The notes under the pieces were generated by a model that saw nothing but the letters and a program-made list of their open reading frames with translations, did not search any database and was not told the origin of the DNA. 64,000 nt of DNA from Candidatus Spongiisociaceae bacterium (GTDB taxonomy: Bacteria; Actinomycetota; Acidimicrobiia; Spongiisociales; Spongiisociaceae). The number at the start of each line of letters is the position of its first letter. Within the stretch, counting starts at the first letter, position 1. Below, piece after piece: positions 38,609 to 47,785 of the stretch. The translations under genes and the position numbers were made by a program. The DNA lies in contig CBDCOH010000002.1 of assembly GCA_965219685.1 (NCBI GenBank), forward strand, positions 2,624,001 through 2,688,000, given 5' to 3'.

Positions 38609-39547
38609 TCAGCTTGCTGCTCGGTCGGCGGCAGAACTGACACCGTCCTTGAACATCTCGCCCATGGCGGCGACCGCACCAAGCACCCCCGAAGTGTCTA
38701 GTGGCAGGAATATCTTGGTGGCCTGACCGTTTGCTATGCCCTCCAGAGCCTCGAGATACCGGATGGCGATGAGGTCCTCGGTGGGATCCCCGTTGTGGAT
38801 CGCCAGGAACACCCGCTCGATGGCCTGGCCCTCACCCTCGGCGACCGTCAGTTTCTGGTACTTGTCGGCGTCGGCAACCCGCTTGATGGCCTCCGCCTCA
38901 CCTTCGGCCCGAAGGATGGCGGCCTGCTTCACTCCCTCCGCCTGGAGGATGGCGGATCTCTTGTCGCCCTCAGCCTCGGTGACCACGGCCCGGCGGCCCC
39001 GTTCCGCCTTCATCTGGCGATGCATGGCGTCGGTGACGTCGGGCGGCGGCTCGATCCGCTGGATCTCCACGCGTACGACCCGTGTACCCCACTTATCGGT
39101 GGCATCGTCGAGTATCTGGCGTAGCTTGCTGTTGATGATCTCTCGGGACACCAACGCCTCGTCCAGTTGCAGATCGCCCACCACGTTCCTGAGGTTGGTC
39201 TGAGCCAGCTTGGTAACCGCCAGTATGAAGTTGCCCACCGCGTACTTGAGTTTCACTGGATCGGTCGGCTCGTAGTAGATCACGGCGTCGACCGTGACCG
39301 CCACGTTGTCCTTGGTGATCACCTCCTGCGGCGGCACGTCCACGACCTGCTCACGCATGTCCACCTTCAGCAACCTCTGCACGAAGGGCATAATGAACCG
39401 TAGACCGGGCGATATGGTTCTCTGGTACTTGCCCAGGAACTCGACCAAACCCTTCTCGTAGGGCCGGACGATCCGGAAACCGCTCGCTGCGATGAGCAGC
39501 ACGGCTATCGCCACGACTCCCAGCAAGATTACTGCTGCAAACTCCAT
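38609..39547 (-). CDS. SPFH/stomatin (QmcA-like) protein
   Basis: [30 protein letters not shown] repeats. Confidence 0.93.
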   Translation of the reverse strand: MEFAAVILLGVVAIAVLLIAASGFRIVRPYEKGLVEFLGKYQRTISPGLRFIMPFVQRLLKVDMREQVVDVPPQEVITKDNVAVTVDAVIYYEPTDPVKLKYAVGNFILAVTKLAQTNLRNVVGDLQLDEALVSREIINSKLRQILDDATDKWGTRVVRVEIQRIEPPPDVTDAMHRQMKAERGRRAVVTEAEGDKRSAILQAEGVKQAAILRAEGEAEAIKRVADADKYQKLTVAEGEGQAIERVFLAIHNGDPTEDLIAIRYLEALEGIANGQATKIFLPLDTSGVLGAVAAMGEMFKDGVSSAADRAAS

Positions 39548-39575
39548 CAGTCTCTTCCTTTCTCTTGATCTATCG

Positions 39576-40364
39576 TCATTCGACTTCCGTCACCAGCAAC
39601 CGGGTACCTCGGACTTCGACCACCTCGACCGTAGTCCCTTCGGGGATGGGACCACCGTCCGTGATCGCCCTCCACTCCTCGGCCTCGACCCTGATCAAAC
39701 CGCTGTTGGCCGCCATATCCACGCTCTCCAGGACAACCGCCCTCATCCCCACGTACCGGGACGGTCCGATCTTGAGACCATCCTCCTCATCCTGCGTCCT
39801 CATGAAGCGACGGACGAACAGCATCGCAACCGCGGTCCCGCCGAAGAAGGCGATCCACTGCACCGCGTCGTGCAAGCCGAACCAGGCCGCTATGGCGGCC
39901 AGACCGGCCCCGACCGCGAACGGGAGCAGGAAGAAACCGGCGGTCACGATCTCCCCGAGCCCCATGACCAGCGCTAAGCCGGTCCACACCCATCTCCAGA
40001 GCTCATTGTCCATGATCGACTCCTTTCTCCACGTAATGATGATGACCACTACCAGCGCGATAAGGACCACTGCCGACACCCATCGCAGCATTCGGGATGA
40101 CGACGTCAGATCGAGACGGTGCTCCACAGCCCTCCAACTCGGCACCTGCCCTCGGCGCCGGGGCAGGAGTTCCGACGCCCAGTCGGCCGCGAAGCCCGGT
40201 AGGTCATCGCCGACCACGGACCGGGGATCACGGCCGTCCGCAGCAGCCTCCGAGAGGTGCGACTCGAGTTCCTTGCTCATGCTGTCGACATCTCTTCGGG
40301 GAATCCCGGCCTCAAGCCAGTACCTGCGGCACTTTCTGACGAGTTCGTTGCCCGGATCCCTCAT
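39576..40364 (-). CDS. NfeD-family protein fused to an N-terminal DUF1048/HAAS-like domain; internal start possible at 40013
   Basis: ATGA overlap with the padR stop; ELESHL.EA..DG....V.GDD...FA.DW N-domain; C-part W...[13 protein letters not shown]...EEWRA. Confidence 0.78.
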   Translation of the reverse strand: MRDPGNELVRKCRRYWLEAGIPRRDVDSMSKELESHLSEAAADGRDPRSVVGDDLPGFAADWASELLPRRRGQVPSWRAVEHRLDLTSSSRMLRWVSAVVLIALVVVIIITWRKESIMDNELWRWVWTGLALVMGLGEIVTAGFFLLPFAVGAGLAAIAAWFGLHDAVQWIAFFGGTAVAMLFVRRFMRTQDEEDGLKIGPSRYVGMRAVVLESVDMAANSGLIRVEAEEWRAITDGGPIPEGTTVEVVEVRGTRLLVTEVE

Positions 40365-40708
40365 CCCCTCCGTCCCTTCGATCCGTCCTCTCCCTGCAAC
40401 ACCATCTCCACTCCCGTAGCGACCCGAGTCCAATCCTCGCGCCATTTGGCCAGGTGTTCTTCCCCCTCATGGCGGATCCGGTAGTACTTCCGGACCGGCC
40501 CGGCTGGAGAGTGCTCGTAGAAGCCTTCGACCAGACGTTGATGCTGCATGCGGCTCAGCATCGGGTAGATGCTCCCCTCGCTCACGAGGTCGAGTCCCCT
40601 GGCCTCGAGCTTGCGGACCATCTCGTACCCGTAGCTCGGCTGCTCGGCGATGAGCGCCAGCAGGCACATGTCCAGGACTCCTTTCAAGAGTTGGGATCGA
40701 TGTTCCAT
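40361..40708 (-). CDS. PadR-family transcriptional regulator
   Basis: SQLLKGVLD, SYGYE, EGSIYPML, GP.RKYY. Confidence 0.93.
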   Translation of the reverse strand: MEHRSQLLKGVLDMCLLALIAEQPSYGYEMVRKLEARGLDLVSEGSIYPMLSRMQHQRLVEGFYEHSPAGPVRKYYRIRHEGEEHLAKWREDWTRVATGVEMVLQGEDGSKGRRG

Positions 40709-40745
40709 TCGGACGGTCTGCTCCCCCGGATACTTCGCCATCGAA

Positions 40746-40794
40746 TCCTGGTTACCAAGGTTCCTTGATTAACAGGGTACCTTGTAACACAAGG
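40746..40794. promoter_or_regulatory. Three tandem CCTTG-N5-CAAGG operators (period 17 bp) upstream of padR
   Basis: TCCTG-GTTAC-CAAGG (40746), CCTTG-ATTAA-CAGGG (40763), CCTTG-TAACA-CAAGG (40780). Confidence 0.75.
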
Positions 40795-40856
40795 TAGCAG
40801 TTTTCTCGGGACAACTGCAATCCTCCGGGCAGTCGGGAGCGGATAGACTGGGTTCC

Positions 40857-41042
40857 ATGTACGGACCCCTCAACGGCGTGCGGGTGGCGCTCGTAACCCT
40901 CGCGGTGCTCGCCGCCCTGATGGCTCTAGTCCTAGGCTACTGGACGGTCACGCTTATCCTGCTGATCGGCGTGGGACTCCACGGGTTCGGCTGGCTCTAC
41001 CTCGCCCAACAGGCCAGGACGGAATCGGACGAGCCCCTCTGA
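40857..41042 (+). CDS. Small two-TM membrane protein
   Basis: 61-aa hydrophobic ORF with TAGACT -10 box 7 nt upstream (leaderless). Confidence 0.65.
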   Translation: MYGPLNGVRVALVTLAVLAALMALVLGYWTVTLILLIGVGLHGFGWLYLAQQARTESDEPL

Positions 41043-41256
41043 ACCTGCCGCGTACCCATCGCGCCAACACAAGGATCCGCGGACGATCCGATTCAACCTT
41101 CAGATTCGGACAGATACCGCGGGCCCGTTGACGATTCTGGAGTTTCGCCTCGTCAGAGCCACCACCATGTCTCCGACCTTGACTTGCCCAACCGTGTCCG
41201 TGAACCGCTCAAGAGAGAAGCGAGCGGCGTCTCTGTGGTCGATACCCGCTCAAAGA

Positions 41257-41667
41257 TCATGGCTGGACTCGGGGAAGGTCGCTATCGCTGGCTACCAGGT
41301 CGATATCGGGGATGATCTCCTGGGGCTTGAATACGACCCGGTAGTGGTGAGCCGATACATTCGCCGGGTTCAGTTGCTCGACAAAGTAGCTCACGTTGTC
41401 GCTCAGCCCTAGGAAGTGCTTGCGGTACTGGCCCGGTTCCACCTGACATGTGACCTCAAGCTGGTGACCCTCGTCTTCGATTGAGCACAGCCCGATGATC
41501 TCTAAGAGGTAGTTGTCGGTGATCCCGTTGAAGAACACCACCCTCCGGCTGATCTCGAATTGATCCGCAGCCTTGGACAGGTTCTCCGACACCACCGCGG
41601 CATCGGTCGAACACGCCGGAAGCCCTATGGCCAACATGGCCGCGAACGCGACGATTCCTCTCTTCAT
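41257..41667 (-). CDS. Small lipoprotein of a family I recall from phages and prophages
   Basis: Signal and lipobox LPAC; NLSKAADQFEISRRVVFFNGITD...KHFLGLSDNVSYFVEQ; AAGGA SD. Confidence 0.75.
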   Translation of the reverse strand: MKRGIVAFAAMLAIGLPACSTDAAVVSENLSKAADQFEISRRVVFFNGITDNYLLEIIGLCSIEDEGHQLEVTCQVEPGQYRKHFLGLSDNVSYFVEQLNPANVSAHHYRVVFKPQEIIPDIDLVASDSDLPRVQP

Positions 41668-42033
41668 GTTTGGTTCCTTTCCTGTAACTCGCACCACGTC
41701 TCCCAGCCCGATATGACGGCATCGAAGCCGCCTCCCGCAGAGGTGAAGCGAACCGGGACTCCCTGGGGATCGACCAGCTTGCGCTCGCAGCGCCCGACCT
41801 TGGCCCATGCCTCCCAGCCGCCCGACTCCTGGGCCACCACGCGCCCGATGATCTGTTCGCTCTCTCGGTGGTTCGAAGGTAATAGTCGTCGTTGTCCGAG
41901 CCATCATAACCCCGGCCGACCGGACTTGTTCTTACCAAGTCTTACCAAGCTGTTCCACCCCGGAGGGTGGTGTAAGACCCCTTCACGGGCCGTTCGACCG
42001 TTGACCGTGCCTGGTTAGCCACCAGCCACCAGA

Positions 42034-42933
42034 TCAGTAATGCCAGGGGAACCGGGAGAAGTCCTTCGGTCGCTTCTGGACGAAGGCGTCCCGGCCCTCT
42101 CTCGCCTCCTCGGTCATGTAGCCGAGCCGGGTGGCCTCCCCGGCGAACACCTGCTGACCCACAAGACCATCATCGATTAGGTTGAAGGCGAACTTCAGCA
42201 TCCGCTGGGACATCGGGCTCTTGGCGTTGATCGCTCGGGCCCACTCGAGGGCGGTCTCCTCCAACTCGTCATGCGGGACCGCCTTGTTCACCATCCCCAT
42301 GTCGAAGGCCTCCTCCGCCGAGTAGTCGGCGCCCAGGAAGAAGATCTCCCGGGCCCGCTTCTGGCCGACCATGCGGGTGAGGTAGGCCGAACCGAACCCC
42401 GCGTCGAAAGACGCCACGTCGGCGTCGGTCTGTTTGAAGACGGCGTGTTCTGCCGAAGCCAGGGTGAGGTCGCACACCACGTGCAGGCTGTGACCTCCGC
42501 CCACCGCCCAACCCGGGACCACCGCGATGACCACCTTGGGCATGAACCGGATGAGACGCTGGACCTCGAGGATGTGAAGCCTTCCCAACCGGGCCGGGTC
42601 GATGTCCGCGGCGCCCTCTCCGTCCGCGTACATGTAGCCTTCCTTGCCCCGGATCCGCTGATCACCACCTGACGAGAAGGCCCAGCCCCCATCCTTTTGA
42701 GATGGACCGTTGCCCGTGAGCAGGACGGTTCCCACATCGCTCCACTGCCGGGCATGATCGAGCGCGGTGTACAACTCGTCCACCGTCCTGGGGCGGAATG
42801 CGTTGCGTACCTCGGGGCGATCGAACGCCACGCGGACCGTGCCCTGATCGACGGCCCTGTGGTAGGTGATGTCGGTGAAGTCGAATCCTTCGACCTCGCG
42901 CCATGCGGCAGGGTCAAACAGCTCTGAGACCAT
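42034..42933 (-). CDS. menB: 1,4-dihydroxy-2-naphthoyl-CoA synthase
   Basis: RPEVRNAFRP, SGGDQRIRG, GWAVGGGHSLH, SFDAG, EGRDAF. Confidence 0.96.
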   Translation of the reverse strand: MVSELFDPAAWREVEGFDFTDITYHRAVDQGTVRVAFDRPEVRNAFRPRTVDELYTALDHARQWSDVGTVLLTGNGPSQKDGGWAFSSGGDQRIRGKEGYMYADGEGAADIDPARLGRLHILEVQRLIRFMPKVVIAVVPGWAVGGGHSLHVVCDLTLASAEHAVFKQTDADVASFDAGFGSAYLTRMVGQKRAREIFFLGADYSAEEAFDMGMVNKAVPHDELEETALEWARAINAKSPMSQRMLKFAFNLIDDGLVGQQVFAGEATRLGYMTEEAREGRDAFVQKRPKDFSRFPWHY

Positions 42934-43034
42934 GTCGGTGGGTTCCTCTCGGCGGGGACGCCCACTGTACCTGCGCGCAGATGTACGAGCCGGTAGGGCC
43001 GGCAGCCGTGTCGCGGGCTCTGCTGTGGAGACCC

Positions 43035-43958
43035 TTACGAGCGGGGGGTCGCGGCCGGCACGCACACCCCGCAGGCGACTTCGGCGCCGTAAGCCTGCCG
43101 GGCGGCTGCTTCGTCCTCCGGATGCTGGTACTGGGGCGTGTCGTGACGCGGCGTGCGATGGTCGACCGGTTCCCTAGCCTCCCGCTTCCACCCGGTCTCC
43201 CACGAGTAACCCAGATCCACGATCTCACCCGGAGAGTCGAGAGTGTCGAACAGCGCCAGGGCGTCTCTCATGATCTGGGTCTGGAGCTCCGGCCTGCCGG
43301 GTGGTCCACAGGTGTGTCCCAGCGGGAAGTCGGTGAAAGCGGCCCTCGGCGGGTTGGCGGAGGCGGTTATCGACCGCGCGCTGGTCATCGACAGGGTGGG
43401 AACGCCTTTCTCCTCGATCGCTCTGCAGATCAGCCCAACTGACTGGTGGCACACCGGTCAGACGGGGACTAGCAGGACCGCGTCCACCTCCAGTTCGAGG
43501 GTCCGTTCCACCAGCACCGGGATCAGCTCGGAGCCCAGCCGCCGCTGGGAGTAGATGCCTCCCATGAAGGTGAGAGCGAGCGGGGCAAGCGCGCCGACCG
43601 CGCCCTCCGCCACCAGCATCCGCAAGGTGTCGATGGGGAAGATCACGTTGGGATCCTGGCGGGCGTCGGCCTGGTCGTAAGCGAAGTGCGTCACCCGGAG
43701 TTCCCGCGTGTCAACGTCGGTGGGGATCTCCCGGTGGGTCACATCGTCCTTGTGCGTGAACGCCACCTGGCCATGGCGGTAGATGCCTCCCGAGGCGATC
43801 AGCCCCAGGCGGGCATCCTGCAGTGGCTTGCGGAGCGGCGCCCAAGAAGGTGGGTCCTCCTTCGACGCCCACCGGTACGGCTGGTAACCCAGGCTGCCGT
43901 AGGCCTCCTTGGTCACAGCGATGTAATCGACAGGATCTCGGTCGGATTTCACGATCAC
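43035..43958 (-). CDS. GrdB/PrdB-like selenoprotein (U-P-V-C); Sec at TGA 43460-43458
   Basis: Track ORFs 43458..43958 and 43035..43454 are in frame: ...DAVLLVPV-U-PVCHQSVGLICRAIEEKGVPT...PPRA...FPLG; also WAPLRKPL..ARLGL..SGG and DPNVIFP motifs; selAB in window. Confidence 0.88.
43426..43445 (-). promoter_or_regulatory. Bacterial SECIS-like hairpin
   Basis: CAG-TCAG-TTGGG-CTGA-T-CTG; apical loop starts about 20 nt 3' of the UGA. Confidence 0.65.
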
Positions 43959-44410
43959 AGTTCTTCTTCATCGGCTGGCGTCCACTCTGGATCCAGTTGG
44001 AGTAGGAATTCGGCGCACCTCGACTCCTCGTCGTACTCACCGATCCATCCTGCCATTCGCCGCAGTCCGTCCAGACATCGCAGGAAACCCCGGTTGGGCT
44101 CGTCCGCCCACCGAACCAATTGCGTACCTCGCCAGCCGTTCTTCCTCAGAGCGTCCAACCCGCGGTGGTAGCCAACGCGGTAGCAGGCGTATGCATCCAC
44201 GGCCGCCAGCGTCGACTTGAAGCGGCCCGGCTCACTAATGGCCCCCATTCGCGCCCACACCTCGGGGGAGTCGGGGTGTTCGGACACGATCACGGCGAGT
44301 CCTTCGGCTGTCTTTGTGGCCTCGATACGCGCCAGCAACCTCGGATCGGGCACCGGCAAGACAACCTTGGGCCTCCCCCCGATGCTCAGATGCACCTGCT
44401 CGCTCGCCAT
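43955..44410 (-). CDS. DUF3151-family protein
   Basis: AYACYRVGYHRGLDALRKNGWRG...W...PNRGFLR...IGEYDE..RC..FL. Confidence 0.85.
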   Translation of the reverse strand: MASEQVHLSIGGRPKVVLPVPDPRLLARIEATKTAEGLAVIVSEHPDSPEVWARMGAISEPGRFKSTLAAVDAYACYRVGYHRGLDALRKNGWRGTQLVRWADEPNRGFLRCLDGLRRMAGWIGEYDEESRCAEFLLQLDPEWTPADEEEL

Positions 44411-44662
44411 AGGGTCCAGCGTAGTGCCCGAGCCCAGCCGGATCGCCGTCAGACCCGGTAACGCACCAGCAACTCAAGCCAGAACCGGCTCGGGAGAGGC
44501 AATCGGCCAATCGGATCGACCAACCATGAACCAAGGGTCTATCCTCCAGCCCACTGCCCTCCACGGAGTGGCTTCATACCGGGGACCGGACGGTCCTCGG
44601 TATTCTTTGGCAACCTGGATGATCTCAGACACGAAAGGCGAGCCACCGCGTTCGGATCGATT

Positions 44663-44734
44663 CGTGAAAGCGCACACCGTGGCCGAGTTGGTGGCATCGA
44701 AACGATCATCCTGGACGATCACTACGGGCCGAGG
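44663..44734 (-). pseudogene. MazF/PemK toxin fragment
   Basis: PRPVVIVQDDRFDATNSATVCAFT resembles the PemK core, but its N-terminus is missing and the C-terminus decays. Confidence 0.6.
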
Positions 44735-45978
44735 GCTGTGATGGGGGCTACCTGAATGCCGTCGGGCCGCCGGTAGGCGGGGCCGGTGGAGGTCACCACC
44801 ATCAGGGCGGCCAACTCTGCGACGCGATTCCTGGCCACCTTGTTGCGGAGTCGCAGCAAGGACTTGGCAGCCGCCTCCACAACAGCCGGGGAGGGGTTCA
44901 GCTTGACCTCGACGGCTATCCACGCGCCATCATCACGTTCGATGATGGCGTCGACCTCGAGGCCGGTGTCGTCGCGGTAGTGGAACACATCGCCGTAGCC
45001 GGGCTGGCTGTAGATACGGAGATCGCGCACGACCAATGACTCGAACAGGAGACCGAACGTCCGCGGATCGGCAAGTAGCCGATCAGGGCCGGCACCGAGC
45101 ATGGCAGCGGCCAGCGATGGGTCGACGAAGTGTCGCTTGGGCGCCCGCCTGAGAGTTGCGCGCGACCGGAGGCCTGCTGACCAGGCCGGTTGGTTCTCCA
45201 CCACGAATATCCGCTCGAGAGCCTCCAGGTACGAATATGTGGTGGAACGGCCGAGCGGAGTGTCGCCCCCCGCATCGGCCGCCAGCGTGGTCGTCTTCGC
45301 CTGCGAAGCTACATGGCGGGCCAGCGAACGGACCAGTCTTCGTACGGAGGCCGGCCGGTGGCGCACCGCGCTCGCCGAGGGGATGTCAAGGCGGACGACC
45401 TCGTTCAGGTAGTCGCGCACCGCCAGCCGGGCGTTGCGCTCGTCCAGGTCAAGGCTTCCCGGCCATCCTCCGACGCATACGAACGTTGCCACGTCCTTCA
45501 ATCCGACGTCGGACCTGGGCATTGCAGAGGCGGATCCACCATCGAACAGGCACCGTAGCGAGACTTCACCGGTGGAGTGACCCATCTCGTAGAGCGACAT
45601 CGGCCGCATCAGCACCCGGCTGATCCGCCCCACGCCGGTGTGGCGGGTGATCTCGTCTTGTGGAGACGCCGATCCGGTGAGGATGAACTGGCCGAACCGG
45701 GCCCGGTCGTCACACTCGCGGCGTACCCGATTCCACAACTGAGGCGCGTTCTGCCACTCGTCGAGCAATCTGGGAGTGGCGCCGCGGAGCACCGCGGCCG
45801 GGTCGGCGGAGGCGATCAGCAGGGTTACCTCGTCATCAAGACGAGCTTCGCTGCGGGCAACATTTCGCGCCGACCAGGTCTTGCCGCACGCACGGCAGCC
45901 TTCGATCAGGACCGCACCCCGTCTCCGCAGGGCCCCGTCGATGTCCCCATCGGCGATACGCGGTCGATAGCCGGGCAT
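44722..45978 (-). CDS. AAA+ ATPase (AAA_14) with DUF4143 and C-terminal PD-(D/E)xK-like domain
   Basis: Walker A EGCRACGKT, Walker B LLDEWQ, ILTGS, PKRHFVDP, FESLV, EVDAII...AVEVK. Confidence 0.9.
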   Translation of the reverse strand: MPGYRPRIADGDIDGALRRRGAVLIEGCRACGKTWSARNVARSEARLDDEVTLLIASADPAAVLRGATPRLLDEWQNAPQLWNRVRRECDDRARFGQFILTGSASPQDEITRHTGVGRISRVLMRPMSLYEMGHSTGEVSLRCLFDGGSASAMPRSDVGLKDVATFVCVGGWPGSLDLDERNARLAVRDYLNEVVRLDIPSASAVRHRPASVRRLVRSLARHVASQAKTTTLAADAGGDTPLGRSTTYSYLEALERIFVVENQPAWSAGLRSRATLRRAPKRHFVDPSLAAAMLGAGPDRLLADPRTFGLLFESLVVRDLRIYSQPGYGDVFHYRDDTGLEVDAIIERDDGAWIAVEVKLNPSPAVVEAAAKSLLRLRNKVARNRVAELAALMVVTSTGPAYRRPDGIQVAPITALGP

Positions 45979-46089
45979 CGTGAGGGTGCGATTTGGGCTC
46001 TCCGTAGGCTCCATCTGGCTCGGACACACTCCCTTTTTGGAACAGCTCGTCGTGGAAGTGCCCCCACCGAGGGCGACACGATAGATTGT

Positions 46090-46181
46090 TAGTACGTTTC
46101 AGGAATCAAATATAGTACATTCTAGGAATAATTTGTAGGACGGTATGGGAGTCAACTACAATACGTTCTGTGAACCACTGA
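46090..46181. repeat. Four tandem imperfect 23-bp direct repeats
   Basis: TAGTACGTTTCAGGAATCAAATA / TAGTACATTCTAGGAATAATTTG / TAGGACGGTATGGGAGTCAACTA / CAATACGTTCTGTGAACCACTGA. Confidence 0.75.
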
Positions 46182-46241
46182 CTCCCTCGGGAATTCCCTT
46201 CCGTGGACAGGTGTTGGTTTGGTTCGATCCCTGCTCCGGTC

Positions 46242-46652
46242 TCAGCCGGGGAGGTCGGGGAGTCCTAGCATGTCGCGGCGTACGCGTATCTCGGTCCGGT
46301 GGGTGCGCTGGGCATCCTGCATCGCAACGGCCATGGCGTCCTCCAAGGCCTTCAACTTTCGAGCGAGACGCCTGACCTCGGCGCGCAGGGCCTCGTTCTC
46401 CGACTCGAGCTGCATGATCCGTTTGACGCCCTCGATGTTGATGCCCTGGCTGGTGAGATCCTGGATCAGGGCCAGGCGCTCGAGGTCGGCGTTGGAGTAC
46501 CTGCGGGTACCCCCGGGGGTGCGGAACGGCTCGATCAGTCCCCGGCGCTCGTAGATGCGCAAAGTCTGCGGATGCATCCCGGCCAGGGACGCCGCCACGG
46601 AGATCACGTAGACGGCTTCCAACTCCGTCGGTACCCGTTTCTTCGCCATCAT
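46242..46652 (-). CDS. hspR: Heat-shock repressor HspR (MerR family)
   Basis: VYVISVAA..GMHPQTLRIYER.GL..P.RT.GGTRRYS; last gene of the dnaK operon. Confidence 0.95.
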   Translation of the reverse strand: MMAKKRVPTELEAVYVISVAASLAGMHPQTLRIYERRGLIEPFRTPGGTRRYSNADLERLALIQDLTSQGINIEGVKRIMQLESENEALRAEVRRLARKLKALEDAMAVAMQDAQRTHRTEIRVRRDMLGLPDLPG

Positions 46653-46665
46653 GCCTCCCCTTCTC

Positions 46666-47766
46666 TCACAGGTTATCGCGCGGGTTCCCCGTCTCGTAGC
46701 GGTCCCTGAACTCCTCGAGCATCTTGCGGGCGTCCTTCGGGAGTTTCGGCGGGACCGTCACCTGGACGGTCACAAGCAGGTCGCCCGGCCGTCCCCGGTC
46801 CCGGCGGACCCCCTCCTTGCGTACCCGGAAGGTCCTACCGGACGAGGTACCCGCCGGGATCTTCAGCGTCACCGGACCGTTGAGCGTCGGCACCTGTACC
46901 TTCGCGCCCAGGGCAGCCTCGGTGAAGGTAACCGGGAGCTTCAGGAGCAGATCGTCTCCGCTGCGGGAGAAGACCGGATGCCCCGACACTCGCACCTCGA
47001 CCAGCAGATCGCCGGGAGGTCCTCCGCGGACTCCAGGGGAGCCTCGTCCGCGCAGCCGGATGGTGTTCCCGTCCTTGACGCCGGGGGGAATCCTCACCTT
47101 GATGGTCCGAGCCCTCCGCTCCCGACCCTTGCCGCGACACTTGGAGCAGGGGGAGTCCAGGGTCCGACCCGAGCCGCTGCACTGCGGGCAAGGGTTGGTG
47201 AACGAGAAGAAGCCCTGGTTGGAAGCGACGGTCCCGGTACCTCCACAGCCCGTGCACACGTCGAACGACGTACCCGGCTCTGCGCCTCCACCCCCGCACC
47301 GGCTGCACGCTTCGGGGCTCTCGATCCGCACCGACGCCGTAGTGCCCTTGATCGACTCCTCGAAGGTCATGTCGAGCGTGGTGGAGACGTCGCCTCCCCG
47401 CTGCGGACCGCGCCGTCCACCACGGAACCCAAACAGGTCACCGATCCCGCCCGCACCTCCCAGCAGGTCCTCAAACCGAACATGCTGGCCGCCGAACGGG
47501 CCGTGCCCGCCGCCGGATCCACGGAAGGCTCCGGCGCCCATGGACCGAACCTGGTCGTATTCCTGCCGCCTATCCGGGTCGGAAAGCACCGAGTAGGCCT
47601 CCGAGACCTCCTTGAAACGCTCGGACGCCTTCGGATCGTCAGGATTGGCATCGGGGTGCAGCTTCTGTGCGAGCCGGCGGTACGACTTCTTGATCGCGGC
47701 CTGATCAGCGTCCTTGTCCACCTCCAGGAGACGGTAGAAGTCCTTCCGGAGCCAGTTGCGGTTCAT
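46666..47766 (-). CDS. dnaJ: Chaperone DnaJ
   Basis: J-domain HPD and four CxxCxGxG motifs. Confidence 0.96.
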   Translation of the reverse strand: MNRNWLRKDFYRLLEVDKDADQAAIKKSYRRLAQKLHPDANPDDPKASERFKEVSEAYSVLSDPDRRQEYDQVRSMGAGAFRGSGGGHGPFGGQHVRFEDLLGGAGGIGDLFGFRGGRRGPQRGGDVSTTLDMTFEESIKGTTASVRIESPEACSRCGGGGAEPGTSFDVCTGCGGTGTVASNQGFFSFTNPCPQCSGSGRTLDSPCSKCRGKGRERRARTIKVRIPPGVKDGNTIRLRGRGSPGVRGGPPGDLLVEVRVSGHPVFSRSGDDLLLKLPVTFTEAALGAKVQVPTLNGPVTLKIPAGTSSGRTFRVRKEGVRRDRGRPGDLLVTVQVTVPPKLPKDARKMLEEFRDRYETGNPRDNL

Positions 47767-47785
47767 CGACCACCACCCATCGCCA

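Noticed and set aside
45980-46045. Second weak repeat pair (GAGCC...ACG) next to the DUF4143 start
   Set aside because: Only two poorly matching units with inconsistent spacing, not distinguishable from chance by eye.
46090-46181. 23-bp repeats as a mini-CRISPR array
   Set aside because: Units abut with no spacers, are degenerate, and no cas genes are present.
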